DNA of 64,000 nt from a virus: IMG/VR virus record IMGVR_UViG_3300018063_000012, positions 37,318-101,317 of that record. One strand, written 5' to 3'. The translations under genes and the position numbers were made by a program. This document shows positions 36,675-47,791 of this stretch, in pieces (within the stretch, counting starts at the first letter, position 1; each line of letters starts with the position of its first letter). Below the pieces are notes generated by a model that made no database searches, was not told the DNA's origin, and saw nothing but the letters and a program-made list of their open reading frames with translations.

Positions 36675-38178
36675 TATTGATTTAATAATACCAGATAATT
36701 TTATTGGAATTCCCTACGACTTCCAGAAGGTGGGTGCCGCCTTTTTAGTAGCCAAAGATAGATGTCTACTAGGGGATAGTATGGGACTTGGCAAGACTAT
36801 ACAATCACTTTTAGCAATGTGTATACTAAAACGCATAGATAAATTGCCAGCACGAGTACTTGTTGTAACCGTAAACTCCGCGGTGTTTCAATGGGAAAAA
36901 GAATTTAAGAAATTTACGACCGGATATAATGTACTCACGGTAACTGCTAAATTAAATCCTACCGAACGAGCCAGCTTCTATGGTAATCTACCAGAAGAAT
37001 GTGTTATGATTACAAACTATTCGCTGATGAGAATAGATAATGAGTTCATCTTACAATTGGGATTTAAATTAATTATATGGGACGAGTCAGCTATTTTCAA
37101 AAATTATAAGAGCAAGACATTTAAAGCCGCCCAGGATTTAAGTATGGCGGCTGAACGGTCATGGGCATTATCAGCGTATGCGATGCCGAATAATCCATTT
37201 GAGTTATTCGGAGTATACTCTGTAACTGTGCCAGACTTATTCGCCCGATATTATGGGACAAGACGATTTGATGGGATTACAAAGTTTAGAGAATTGTATA
37301 CACTTGAAGAGCCAATTATTGGACGAGGCGGAGTACCAAAAATGACGGAACAGGGATATATCATAAAACAGACAGTAGGATATAAAAACTTGGATAGATT
37401 AAAACAACGCATATCACCATTTTATATTGGACGCACATATGCAGATGTAGCCGTTCAAGTTCCTAGTCTGATTGTAAAAGAAGCTAATTTAGAAATGACT
37501 AATACTCAAAGAGCACTATACTATGAAACAGAACATGGAATAAACGGTAAGATTCCAATGGATATGATATTGGCTAAATTTGTCGCTCTCCAGCAGATAA
37601 GTAATGGAGTAGATTTTTATAAACATACTAAAGGCACGGATGTATCACCAAAAATAGAAGAGATTAAAAGATTCCTATCCGAAGAGTTGGAAGAGGAAAA
37701 GATAGTAATATTCTCTAAGTTTCGACAGTTTATTGATATACTTGAAGATGAATTGAAGGAGTATTCCCCAGTCAGAATTACTGGCGACGAGAGTATTGAT
37801 GAACGAGAACGTAATAAGGAAAAGTTTACTAACGACCAGAACTGCCGGGTCTTACTGATGACACAAGCGGGCGGATTCGCCCTGAACTTACAAGCCGCCC
37901 GGGTGATGATGTTTGTAGACCTACCATTTTCTTTTGGAATGATGGAGCAGATAATTGGGCGTATTCGCCGGATTGGAAGTGAACACGAGGTAGTTGTAGC
38001 TGTATTCCTAATGATGAATGATAGCTTGGATAGGCACGTCCTCGATGTTTTACGGTCTAAAAAAATGATAATTGAACAAGTTATGGGCGGACGAGATGTA
38101 TTAGATAATGTTGCCCAGAATGACATCAAAGAAATACTAAAACGTAGATTGGAAGAGAAAGGTCAAGATGTGTCCTAA
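36643..38178 (+). CDS. SNF2/DEAD-like helicase
   Basis: DSMGLGKT, WDESA, ALNLQAA, QIIGRIRRIG. Confidence 0.9.
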   Translation: MNVSDLKSLTDIDLIIPDNFIGIPYDFQKVGAAFLVAKDRCLLGDSMGLGKTIQSLLAMCILKRIDKLPARVLVVTVNSAVFQWEKEFKKFTTGYNVLTVTAKLNPTERASFYGNLPEECVMITNYSLMRIDNEFILQLGFKLIIWDESAIFKNYKSKTFKAAQDLSMAAERSWALSAYAMPNNPFELFGVYSVTVPDLFARYYGTRRFDGITKFRELYTLEEPIIGRGGVPKMTEQGYIIKQTVGYKNLDRLKQRISPFYIGRTYADVAVQVPSLIVKEANLEMTNTQRALYYETEHGINGKIPMDMILAKFVALQQISNGVDFYKHTKGTDVSPKIEEIKRFLSEELEEEKIVIFSKFRQFIDILEDELKEYSPVRITGDESIDERERNKEKFTNDQNCRVLLMTQAGGFALNLQAARVMMFVDLPFSFGMMEQIIGRIRRIGSEHEVVVAVFLMMNDSLDRHVLDVLRSKKMIIEQVMGGRDVLDNVAQNDIKEILKRRLEEKGQDVS

Positions 38179-38725
38179 ATGCAAGGGTGCAAAGCATATA
38201 GAAACTAAAAAAGGTTGGCAGAGATGCACACGCTGTTTTTATGAGGCAGAGTATAGATTTTTTAGAAATTGGTTAGGAATTATAGATACAGAGATTGAAG
38301 CTCCCAAAGTATCAGCCGAATTGATCGGGAAGAACCTAAGGTTTAAACCGGGATGCATAACTGCTTTCGGAGTGATGGCCGAATATGTAAAACAACAAAA
38401 ACGCATCCAAACCGTCTTTTCATTTGAGATTAAGAACGAAAGTTTAGAGGGCGGATACTTTGCCAACTTTCGGTGGTCCGATGTTTTGCTGGTGGACTTA
38501 AAACGAACGATTCCAAATGCATTCCTGCCCTTGTTTCTGATGGAGATGTCGTATATGAGAGACAAACTCGGCAAAATAACCTTATGGATGTATGATAAAG
38601 ATTGGTATAATACCAAGAACGCAATGGTGGGATTGATAAAAAGTCCACTTAAATCATGGGAAGAAGCGGGTACGAAGTGTAATGATTTTGTTGAGTACTT
38701 AACTCAAGTTCGGGAGATAGAATGA
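38168..38725 (+). CDS. Zn-finger protein, possibly a degenerate DnaC-like helicase loader
   Basis: CPKCKG...WQRC; SDVLLVDL; directly upstream of DnaB; no Walker A. Confidence 0.4.
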   Translation: MCPKCKGAKHIETKKGWQRCTRCFYEAEYRFFRNWLGIIDTEIEAPKVSAELIGKNLRFKPGCITAFGVMAEYVKQQKRIQTVFSFEIKNESLEGGYFANFRWSDVLLVDLKRTIPNAFLPLFLMEMSYMRDKLGKITLWMYDKDWYNTKNAMVGLIKSPLKSWEEAGTKCNDFVEYLTQVREIE

Positions 38726-40272
38726 TACAAGAGAAGAAATTGGAACGGTCAGGACTAAATAATGCAATCGAATGTCTCCAGCTTTTGTTAGCGGATCCAA
38801 CGGGTGAGCATAAAGATAAAGCACAAAAGATACTTGGGCCGTTAAACCCATTCCAAGAAGGAGGGAAGATTATATACTCTGTCATTCAAGCACAGTATGC
38901 TGAAGATAGAATTCCGACTCTGCAGACAGTCCTGAATCTATTTGAGGATAAGAATTCCCAATTCCATTTAGATATGCAGAATATGTATGTAGTGCAACGC
39001 ACGATAGATACTCTAAAAGAGTATAAGGCAGAGAAATATAATATTGACCATTCACTGGCCTGTGTACTTCGAGACTATAAAATTCGGGAGATACTACGGA
39101 TTCAAGAGATGGCACTTAAGATTCGGACAGAAGGAATTACTATTAAAGGAAAACTCCTGCAAGGATTCGATGAGGCAGAACGGTACGAATCTTCTGAAAA
39201 AGCTAAGTTCCTTGATTTAACTCATAGGGGAACTAAGGAAGGTTCACCGCAAGATACCGAGGCGATGCGGAGAGAGTATGAGAAAAGTAAAAGTAATGAT
39301 AATGTTATAGGTACTTGCACAGGATTGCCATCAATCGATTTGGCCACGTATGGTGGAAAAGGCGGAGAATTCTGGCTGGTGTCTGCATATGCACAAGAAG
39401 GTAAATCACAGATGCTCATTAATATGTCATATCATGCCGCTATTGAAGAAGGTAAAACAGTTGTATATGCTTCCGCCGAGATGCCATACTCACAAGTTGC
39501 TAGACGCTTCTGGGCGCGACATACTCGCCACGACAAGTTTAAGAGTAGGGCTTTCCTGACATATCAAGATATTAGATATGGGAAACTAAACCCCGCAGAC
39601 GAGGATCTGTATCTTAATGAAGTGGCAGAAGACTTCGGACATCCAAAAGAGAACGGGTATGGTAAAATAATTATTATACAGTGTCCGGGATGGAGTATTG
39701 GAGATTTGAAGAAAAGGCTAGAAGAGTTGAACAAGGAAACACCGATTGATGCCGTGTATATTGACTATTTGCAGTTGCTTACTTCATCACTCAGGATTCG
39801 GGAACCACGACAAGATTTAGAAGAAATGTTTAGGGAAACTAAAAGATTGGCACTAAGTTTCGGGTCCGGGGAACAATTGCTGGTAGTATCAGCCCATCAG
39901 ATACGGCGCGAGGATAGGAAGAAATTCGCTGAAACTAAAAGGAAAAAGAAACCGACCGACCCTGCTGAAACGGAAGACCAAGTTGAAGAAGAATATTTCC
40001 TTTGGAGTTTAGGTTCAACGGCAGAGGCAGAACGAAGTCCGGATGTATGTATCTGGCTATTACGGTTGCCTGCGTATAAGGAAAAGGCGGAAGTTAAAAT
40101 AGGACAAAATAAAAATAGAGATGGGGATTGCGCAAGACCGCAGTTCTATTTTGAGAATTATGCCGCAAGTTATATCGGACCTCTTGAAGAGGATATATCT
40201 AAGAAGACTCAATCAACGATAGATACCGAGAATGGGATAGCAGAACCAGAGGACGAGAATGAGGTCGAATAG
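38722..40272 (+). CDS. DnaB-like replicative helicase
   Basis: TGLPSID, AQEGKS, SAEM, IDYLQLL, HQIRR, KNRDG. Confidence 0.9.
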   Translation: MIQEKKLERSGLNNAIECLQLLLADPTGEHKDKAQKILGPLNPFQEGGKIIYSVIQAQYAEDRIPTLQTVLNLFEDKNSQFHLDMQNMYVVQRTIDTLKEYKAEKYNIDHSLACVLRDYKIREILRIQEMALKIRTEGITIKGKLLQGFDEAERYESSEKAKFLDLTHRGTKEGSPQDTEAMRREYEKSKSNDNVIGTCTGLPSIDLATYGGKGGEFWLVSAYAQEGKSQMLINMSYHAAIEEGKTVVYASAEMPYSQVARRFWARHTRHDKFKSRAFLTYQDIRYGKLNPADEDLYLNEVAEDFGHPKENGYGKIIIIQCPGWSIGDLKKRLEELNKETPIDAVYIDYLQLLTSSLRIREPRQDLEEMFRETKRLALSFGSGEQLLVVSAHQIRREDRKKFAETKRKKKPTDPAETEDQVEEEYFLWSLGSTAEAERSPDVCIWLLRLPAYKEKAEVKIGQNKNRDGDCARPQFYFENYAASYIGPLEEDISKKTQSTIDTENGIAEPEDENEVE

Positions 40273-40717
40273 CGTAGGAACAATATGGGAAGTATTTGAA
40301 CGAGCAGGTGGCGAATTAACTCGGCCGCACGGAACCAGTCAAATGATTAGATGTGTGTTTCATAGCGACTCAATTCCTTCTGCCAAAATATATAAAGAGT
40401 TTGAAAAGTTCGTATGCTTTGCCTGCCGGATTGCATATACTGCTACTCAATTCTGGCAGAAGTATGAAGGAAAAATACCGGAGAAAAATGTAGATGACTC
40501 ACTTATGGTTTTGGTTAATGTGTTTGAAGATAAAATGAGGCCTAAACTTAAAAGACTACTGTCAAAAGATAGAAACAAAGTTGTTGAGGTATATGGAGTA
40601 TTAGATTTAATAAGAATGCAACTTAAGGAGAGTAAGAAGATGGAGACTGACTATTTGTGGAATCATCTTATGAACTTAGATAAGTATGTTACGGATTGGT
40701 GGAAGAATGAAAAATAA
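40259..40717 (+). CDS. CHC2 zinc-finger (primase zinc-binding domain) protein
   Basis: CVFHSDSIPS...FVCFAC. Confidence 0.7.
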   Translation: MRSNSVGTIWEVFERAGGELTRPHGTSQMIRCVFHSDSIPSAKIYKEFEKFVCFACRIAYTATQFWQKYEGKIPEKNVDDSLMVLVNVFEDKMRPKLKRLLSKDRNKVVEVYGVLDLIRMQLKESKKMETDYLWNHLMNLDKYVTDWWKNEK

Positions 40718-41189
40718 AAGGACTGTTAATATACTAACTTTGGCCCGAGCCCCATTAGCTATACTGAGTGATAAAGAACGTTATATGGTACTCAAAGACT
40801 TATTGATAGCAGAGGACCGTGTTTTTGGAGATAGGATGAGTTTGTTTCTGATTGTTAATTCAATTCTCTTAGTTGGATTCAGTCAATTAAAATTGCAGAT
40901 TCCAGTGATAACTTTAATTGGTATGGTATTAGACCTGATTTGGTTTTATGTCGGATGGATGTCATATAAAGCCCACTTATTCTGGAGTGATGAAATGGTG
41001 GTATTAGAAGAAAGGGCCGAAGGGACAATGATGGCTAACTTACAAGGTATTATTGGAAAGCGTAGAGATAGGTATCCTAAAGTAATGCCACTAAAAAAGT
41101 GGCATATAATGTCATCTACGGCGATACTTTCTAAAGCATTGCCGATACTATTTTTCGTAATGTGGACATATTTATTATTGATGGGATAG
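40707..41189 (+). CDS. Small membrane protein (three hydrophobic segments)
   Basis: FLIVNSILLVGF, VITLIGMVLDLIWF, LPILFFVMWTYLL. Confidence 0.6.
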   Translation: MKNKRTVNILTLARAPLAILSDKERYMVLKDLLIAEDRVFGDRMSLFLIVNSILLVGFSQLKLQIPVITLIGMVLDLIWFYVGWMSYKAHLFWSDEMVVLEERAEGTMMANLQGIIGKRRDRYPKVMPLKKWHIMSSTAILSKALPILFFVMWTYLLLMG

Positions 41190-41675
41190 ATAATTGACTA
41201 TATTTCCAAAATGTCCACGGTGTCAAAGGTTAGTTAAAGCTAATGTACCAGCGAGAGTTAATGGTATTATATGGGGGGCATATTGTAAGGCATACTACGA
41301 TAGAACTAAAGAACAACGAGCCGGAGAGTGTTTTTTAATATGTCCCTGCGGCAATAAAGAATTAGTAGATGAAAAATACTGGTTTCAAGGACAATGCACT
41401 ATATGTTTAATAGTGGAGAGGAAGAATGTCGATTTTACAAAAGCTGACACATTTGCGGAACCCAGAACCGGTAGACTTGTCCCAAAAACTTAGCGGTGCG
41501 GTATTCTTTGATAAGCTTTGGTTTCAAGCTTGGTATCAGGAAATAGTGACAGGCGAGATTGATATCAGAGATATGGCCGGGGCCGGTTGTTTCTTAAAAG
41601 GTCAGGATGCTGTATTAGTAGTTGAGGCACAGTATCTGTATAAAAAGAACCAAATGAAGAGGAAGTAGTCAACAC

Positions 41676-41772
41676 AGTATGGGATAAAGTCCATACTTTT
41701 TGTGATGTGACTTAGCATAACCCATTGTTCCCGTTAAGGGTATTATTAATTAGAGCTGGCATAAGGTCTGCA
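41676..41772 (+). promoter_or_regulatory. Palindrome + IHF-like site + putative sigma54 promoter
   Basis: AGTATGGGATAAAGTCCATACT at 41676-41697; TAACCCATTG at 41718-41727; TGGCATAAGGTCTGCA at 41757-41772. Confidence 0.6.
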
Positions 41773-41784
41773 TTACCAGTAGGT

Positions 41785-42021
41785 ATGAAGATTACAGCAA
41801 TCATAACGCCAAGGCAACCGATAGAACTGGAACGGTTAGAACTGGCAATCGAGAGATGGCTGTTAGAACGCGATTCAACTGGCCAGAAAACTAATTTTAT
41901 GGCAAAGAACGGAGTAGTATATTTGACATTAAATGGGCTAAACGATGAACAGGCCGCCAATATGAAGTCGTTCCTTGAAGGTGAATGGGGCGGAGTATGG
42001 GCAGAGGTGATGTGGTTATGA
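41785..42021 (+). CDS. Hypothetical protein
   Basis: MKITAIITPRQ..., just downstream of the sigma54-like motif. Confidence 0.5.
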   Translation: MKITAIITPRQPIELERLELAIERWLLERDSTGQKTNFMAKNGVVYLTLNGLNDEQAANMKSFLEGEWGGVWAEVMWL

Positions 42022-42618
42022 CTGGTGATGCTCACCGGGTTAAACGCTGGATGCCATATATGCTGGGTTGCGCTTGGTGTAGACGCGGTTTTCTGGTGGT
42101 CCGCAGGATCCAACTCCGGGTACCCTTTACTTATGGGTTGTTTAGGTCACACGGCATCTGTGACGCGTGTTCAGAAGTGCAGATGGGCGAAGTGCATAAG
42201 TGTAAAAAAGTGAAACAAAGGAAGGAAGATTAGAACTGTGAGCGGAAAATTCTCTGACAAACAAAGGCACCGAACGATATATCTTAATCCGGTGCTGAAG
42301 AAGAAACAATTTAAACTGACAGTCGACTTTCCTTTTGAATGCGAGGATAAAATGACTGTTGATGAAATGAATAAACGTATTTGCCAATGTCTCCAAGATT
42401 GGCTGGGATCTAATCGAGTAGTAAAAACTGAACTGTTAGATGAACTAACGGGGAATAAGGCGGCGATTGAGATTGGTGAACCAGATTGAAAGCCTGAGGC
42501 ATAGTGGCACCGGCACGCTATGTGGGTTAGTTGAAAGTCCGGTATGAATTAAGAGAAATGCCGGGCCCGGATATTGGGTAGTCGAAGGGCCCGGTTTAGT
42601 ATTGGTATTGGACAGCAT

Positions 42619-42688
42619 AGTATGGGAATAATCGCATAGTTTTTGCACAGTCATAGGTGTAACTTGTTGTGTCCCTTAGGGCAGTGAT
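42619..42688. repeat. 70-bp intergenic repeat, copy 2
   Basis: Identical to 6365-6434. Confidence 0.95.
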
Positions 42689-42689
42689 A

Positions 42690-42705
42690 CGGCACAGGAC
42701 TTGCT
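42690..42705 (+). promoter_or_regulatory. Putative sigma54 promoter
   Basis: CGGCACAGGACTTGCT. Confidence 0.7.
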
Positions 42706-42735
42706 ATATAGGGGGGTATGGAAAGGAAGGAAACG

Positions 42736-42981
42736 ATGACTAAGCGTCAGGCAATTAAGAGAGCCAAAGAGATGACAATGGGTTGCTGGTGGCCGTCCAG
42801 GCCATTTTCGAGCGTGGCGGATTGCAAGGCGGGGCCGAACTGGGAAGCCATTAAAGAAGAGTTGAAGGTCTTGACAGAGATGGCGAGGACTTGCCGCCAA
42901 AACGAGGCCGAGGCCAGCGAATACGAAACTGTCGCGAACCTTTTACCCACTCAAAATTATAAGAAAGGAAGGGTATCATAA
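42736..42981 (+). CDS. Hypothetical protein
   Basis: AAAGGAAGG SD then ATG 42736. Confidence 0.55.
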   Translation: MTKRQAIKRAKEMTMGCWWPSRPFSSVADCKAGPNWEAIKEELKVLTEMARTCRQNEAEASEYETVANLLPTQNYKKGRVS

Positions 42982-44045
42982 TGAAACAAGGACGCACTGT
43001 GCAGGCACTGGCACTGGAAGTCGACCGTCAGCGTAAAAGCAAACGGGACTTCTTAGTAGCAGAACCGGAGATGTTAATGGTGGCGGATAATAGGCTGCCA
43101 CGGTTGGTACTTCCAGGAAACAATAAAGACGGTTCCGAACTGGAATTCGGAATTACAAATCTGGCACACGACCAGATTGCGATGCGGTTGGATATCCCAC
43201 GGAAATACTACCAGAGAATGATGAACGAATATCCTAATCTGCTTTCCGCGAACGTTAACGGCTGGTTACAGCGGCAGAATAGGGGACAGCGTTTGATTCG
43301 GACTCTGGACGGAAAAGTCAGGGCGTATTTGTCTAACCGGTATCGGCCGCTGGATAACTATGGCTTGCTTGAGGCGATACTGCCTATTTTGCAGGCTGAA
43401 GGGATGTCTATCATGTCCTGCGAAATCACCGACAAAAAGATGTATATCAAAGCCGTGAACGAAAGGGTGCAAGGTGAAATTACGAAGGGCGATATCGTTC
43501 AGGCTGGTGTCATCATTTCCAATTCAGAAGTGGGTTGGGGATGCTTATCGGTCGAAGGATTTTTGCTTCGGCTGGTGTGTCAGAACGGTATGGTGCTGCC
43601 AGACCGGGTAATGCGGAAGTATCATAGCGGCGGACGACTTACCGCTGATATAGAGGATGGGATGTTGTGGGAAGATGATACACGCAAGGTCTCTGATGCG
43701 GCCATATGGCTCCAGACTCGGGACTTGGTGAAGGTGACCATATCCGATAATAATTTTATCTGTCAGGTGGAACGGCTGAAGAAAGCGGCCGGGATTGAAC
43801 TGCCACCTCAGATTGAGAAGGTTGTGGAAGTGACAGCCAAGATGTATTCCTTTGACGAAACTGAAAAAGCTGGCGTCCTTTCGCACCTAATCAAAGGTGG
43901 TGACTTGTCTATGTGGGGATTGGCTAACGCCGTCACCACTCAGGCAGGTGTCACCGAGAGCTACGATAGGGCGACTGAACTGGAACGGGTAGGCGGAGAG
44001 ATAGTTGAACTGCCGCTGTCCACGTTTAAATTCAGCGATAACTAA
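42981..44045 (+). CDS. DUF932/DUF945-like phage/plasmid protein
   Basis: RAYLSNRYRPLDN, ISNSEVG, RLVCQNG, WGLANAVT. Confidence 0.75.
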   Translation: MKQGRTVQALALEVDRQRKSKRDFLVAEPEMLMVADNRLPRLVLPGNNKDGSELEFGITNLAHDQIAMRLDIPRKYYQRMMNEYPNLLSANVNGWLQRQNRGQRLIRTLDGKVRAYLSNRYRPLDNYGLLEAILPILQAEGMSIMSCEITDKKMYIKAVNERVQGEITKGDIVQAGVIISNSEVGWGCLSVEGFLLRLVCQNGMVLPDRVMRKYHSGGRLTADIEDGMLWEDDTRKVSDAAIWLQTRDLVKVTISDNNFICQVERLKKAAGIELPPQIEKVVEVTAKMYSFDETEKAGVLSHLIKGGDLSMWGLANAVTTQAGVTESYDRATELERVGGEIVELPLSTFKFSDN

Positions 44046-44057
44046 ACAGGATAATCA

Positions 44058-44089
44058 GATGGGCTGGGTCCGCAAGGATCCAGCCCATC
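44058..44089 (+). terminator. Stem-loop with GCAA tetraloop
   Basis: GATGGGCTGGGTCC-GCAA-GGATCCAGCCCATC. Confidence 0.7.
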
Positions 44090-44321
44090 ATTATTGAGAG
44101 GATAAGATGACTAAACTGTTCGGAGTAACTCGAAACGGATTGATGATATTTATGTCCATAGATGAAGTAATGGTGGATAAGGTGGCGTCTAAATTTCGTC
44201 AGATGTATCCGACAGATAAAGTACTGTCAGGGGAAGTGGATTTACGCGAGCCGCACTCTGATACTAATTTACCGAGGCTGTATGCACACAAAGCAGAGGA
44301 ACAGACTGCTTAACGGAGGCT

Positions 44322-44897
44322 ATGATGATGACCAAAACCAAAAATAAGATTAGGATGACGATACTGTTTCTCTTTATATTGTTTAGCGCTTGGATGTGGC
44401 CGGGAACAATTTCACAAGATGATCCCATAAAGGCACAGAACCAGATTATGAATGAATGGAAGGATAGGATTCAAATGTCCTTTCCTGATTTGACAGATAA
44501 ATCCTGCGAATTGATATGGAGCTATGCACTACAATATCAGATAAATCCAACATTGATACTATGCTGGATTGAAGTTGAATCTGGATTTGATTCACTGGCC
44601 ATCAGTAATAAAGGGGCAGTAGGTTGGCTACAGTTGAAGTTGTCCACAGCGCGACAGTATGATTCAACTCTCTCCAGACGCGATCTATATTTGACTGATG
44701 TGAATGTGGAGATAGCCTTAAAACATTTTACCTATCTGATGAACAGATATGATGACGATGAGGCGATGGCTTTCACTGCATACAATATGGGTGAAGGTCG
44801 ACTAAAACAGATACTGGACTCTGGTAAACATCCACGACTGCGGTATTATAAAAAGATAAAGAATCTGTTTGAAGAAACCGAAGGGGGACAGGTGTAA
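44322..44897 (+). CDS. Membrane-anchored lytic transglycosylase (SLT)
   Basis: IEVES, SNKGAVGWLQL, AYNMG; N-terminal TM helix. Confidence 0.85.
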   Translation: MMMTKTKNKIRMTILFLFILFSAWMWPGTISQDDPIKAQNQIMNEWKDRIQMSFPDLTDKSCELIWSYALQYQINPTLILCWIEVESGFDSLAISNKGAVGWLQLKLSTARQYDSTLSRRDLYLTDVNVEIALKHFTYLMNRYDDDEAMAFTAYNMGEGRLKQILDSGKHPRLRYYKKIKNLFEETEGGQV

Positions 44898-45186
44898 TAT
44901 GGCAAAGAAAGAAGAACTTAAAAACCAAGCCAAACTTTTAAGTGAACAGATTGGAACACACGAGAGTAAGATTCTGAAGATATTAACTAATCCTAAAGCG
45001 TCTGTGAAAGGAACACAGGAATTCAAAAAGCTCGGATATCTGGAATCACAACAAGCGAGTATGAGGAAAGAATTGCAGAAGGTTAAGCAGAAATTGGCAC
45101 CCAAACCACAGGAACAGCCGGCACAGATTGAAGTGAAGAAATCGGATAGCTCACTACCATTTGAGATTACATCACAGAAGAAATAA
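44898..45186 (+). CDS. Hypothetical coiled-coil protein (start approximate)
   Basis: ORF track 44869..45186; MAKKEEL is the likely start. Confidence 0.45.
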
Positions 45187-45407
45187 TGATAATCGCTATT
45201 ATAGCATTAGCTCTTTTCATACTGATATATATACTGGGCAATTGGATAGAACAGAAGATAAGAAGAAAGGATGACATATGCAGATACTTATAATCACAAA
45301 CATCCCACTATTATCAATTTTCTGTAGTGGTGTAATATTGTTTTTAGTAGCCGCATTAGTAAGCGGCTGGCTGAATAAAAGGAATCAACAGAGATTACAT
45401 CGGAAGT

Positions 45408-47261
45408 ATGACCAAAGAGATTAATACATTTGACGAAAGTAGGTCAGTAACCTTTCCTGCCTGGTATGGCCAGCGAGAATACCAGGGAATTAGCGATTTA
45501 GAATCCCTAAAAATTTGGATTGACAAACTAAAAGAATATCAGTATCTGGCCTGTGACTTAGAGACATCGGGGTTGGATAGTCGGACAGATAGAATCCTTG
45601 GGATGGGACTTTCCTGGGGTCCGGGACACGGAATCTTTATTGATATTGAAGCTATTGGTAATGTGGCATTTTTTAATTTGAAACCACTTTTACTGAATGC
45701 GACTTTACTCGGGTATAACTTTAAGTTTGATATGGCATTCCTGCGTCGGATGGATATTGAGATTGAGAAATATGAGGATGTTCAGATTCTGGTCTTTATG
45801 TCGGATCCAAACGAAGGGATGACTGGGCTAAAAGATGCCGGACAGAAGTTCCTTGGATTAGAAACAGTTGAATTGAAGAGCTTCTTTGAGAAGAAACAGC
45901 CAATAGATTTTACAATGCTGTCATGGGAAACTAAGATACTGTATGGTTCAGCCGACGTTGATTTGACTTTCGCAGTATGGGAACATCTGGCACCACTAAA
46001 AAAAGCACAACCACTGATATGGCAGATGGAGAATAGACTAATTAAAGTATTACAGAATATGAACGAGCGTGGCATACTTATAAATCCAGATGAATTTGCC
46101 AGACAATCTAAAGTCATTCAAGAACGGATTGATTCACTATCGCAAGAGATTTTTGATGAAGCCGGACAAACCTTTGATTTGGACTCACCCAAACAAGTGA
46201 ATTATATTTTGTTTGAAAAGTTAGGTTATAAGGCTACAGGTAAGAAAACTAAAACTGGACAGAATGAGACCGGGAAGATGGCCATGAAGATGTTATCATC
46301 CCAGTATCCTATTTGTGGTAAGATAGCAGAGTGGAAAAGTTTAGCTAAGATTAAGTCTGGGTTTATTGATAAGATGCCAGCTATTGTAAACCCATTGACC
46401 GGTCGTGTGCATACGGAACTGATAGGGTGTAACGCATCGACAGGCAGACTGTCATCCAAGAATCCTAACTTACAGAATGTCCCGGCAAGCTTAGACGACG
46501 CTAAAAAACAAGTGTATGATGTCCGACGTGGATTTATATCGTCACCGGGATTTGTGTTTCTTGACTGCGATTTTTCTCAGATTGAACTCCGCGTTGCGGC
46601 ATCTATGTCCAGAGAACCAATCTGGATAGATGCATATCGTAAAGATAGAGACTTACATTTAGAAATGGCAACCCGAATGTACCATCAGCCAGCAGAGAAA
46701 ATTACTAAACAACAAAGACAATTTGCTAAGAACGGCAACTTCGGTCTTTTATATGGACAGTCAGCATATTCATTTGCTAATATGTACCAGATTCCTATTG
46801 AAGAGGCAGAGAAGATATATGGCCTTTGGTGGTCTACAGTGCCGACATTAAAACGTTGGGTAGCAGACGAGATTGAAAGGAGTCGAAGACGAGGATTTGC
46901 TACGACCTATTTCGGTAGACAAAGAAAAATGGTCGGCATTCATTCCCAAGAACAGAAATGGCGTAAACATTGGGAGAGGAATGTAATTTCACATATTATT
47001 CAGGGAGGAGCGGCGGATGTAATGAAACTGTCACTGATTAATCTGGAGAAGAATATTAAACAAGCAGAACTCGGACAAGATATTCAAATGTTACTTAGTG
47101 TTCACGACCAGGTACTTTTTGAAGTAAGAGAATCACGCATAAACGAGGCTGTGAAGTTAGTGCGCAACTCGATGGAATTGAATATCAAAGATTGGGTGCC
47201 CTTGAAAGTGGATGCCAAAACCGGCTTAACTTGGGGTAGCGGAAAGAAGGTAGATAAATGA
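45408..47261 (+). CDS. polA: Family A DNA polymerase (3'-5' exonuclease + polymerase)
   Basis: [41 protein letters not shown]. Confidence 0.95.
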   Translation: MTKEINTFDESRSVTFPAWYGQREYQGISDLESLKIWIDKLKEYQYLACDLETSGLDSRTDRILGMGLSWGPGHGIFIDIEAIGNVAFFNLKPLLLNATLLGYNFKFDMAFLRRMDIEIEKYEDVQILVFMSDPNEGMTGLKDAGQKFLGLETVELKSFFEKKQPIDFTMLSWETKILYGSADVDLTFAVWEHLAPLKKAQPLIWQMENRLIKVLQNMNERGILINPDEFARQSKVIQERIDSLSQEIFDEAGQTFDLDSPKQVNYILFEKLGYKATGKKTKTGQNETGKMAMKMLSSQYPICGKIAEWKSLAKIKSGFIDKMPAIVNPLTGRVHTELIGCNASTGRLSSKNPNLQNVPASLDDAKKQVYDVRRGFISSPGFVFLDCDFSQIELRVAASMSREPIWIDAYRKDRDLHLEMATRMYHQPAEKITKQQRQFAKNGNFGLLYGQSAYSFANMYQIPIEEAEKIYGLWWSTVPTLKRWVADEIERSRRRGFATTYFGRQRKMVGIHSQEQKWRKHWERNVISHIIQGGAADVMKLSLINLEKNIKQAELGQDIQMLLSVHDQVLFEVRESRINEAVKLVRNSMELNIKDWVPLKVDAKTGLTWGSGKKVDK

Positions 47262-47791
47262 TTACTATAATGACTGACGAGAGGTTTATGAGGATGCCCT
47301 GTGAGATAGCTACGCAAGCAGAAGCGGAAGAGATATGGACTAAGCTCATAGAGTCCCTTGTGGATAGAGATGGATGGGGTATGGCCGCGAACCAGATAGG
47401 AATACGGAAACAAGTAGCCATTATTACTTACGCAGGCAAGACGATTAAGTTACTCAACCCAAAGATTTTAGAAATGTCTGACCCTGTAGTATTTAAAGGT
47501 GAGGGGTGCTTCTCTATCCCACATTATAATTTAGATACTATTCGATTCTCCAAGATTGTATTTGAGCATGAAGTAGATGGAGAACGCAGAAAGTACTATG
47601 TAACCGAGGCAGATGGACATCTTGCGGCAATACTTCAGCACGAGATCGACCATCTACAGGGCAAGTTGATGATTGACCATAAACAAGTGCCATTTAAAGC
47701 CAATAGTCCTAAAGTAGGTCGTAACGAAACTTGCATCTGCGGTAGCGGTAAGAAGTATAAAAAATGTTGTTTGGGAGGTGTATATGAGTAG
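47258..47791 (+). CDS. def: Peptide deformylase with C-terminal SEC-C motif
   Basis: [22 protein letters not shown]; [20 protein letters not shown]. Confidence 0.92.
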   Translation: MITIMTDERFMRMPCEIATQAEAEEIWTKLIESLVDRDGWGMAANQIGIRKQVAIITYAGKTIKLLNPKILEMSDPVVFKGEGCFSIPHYNLDTIRFSKIVFEHEVDGERRKYYVTEADGHLAAILQHEIDHLQGKLMIDHKQVPFKANSPKVGRNETCICGSGKKYKKCCLGGVYE

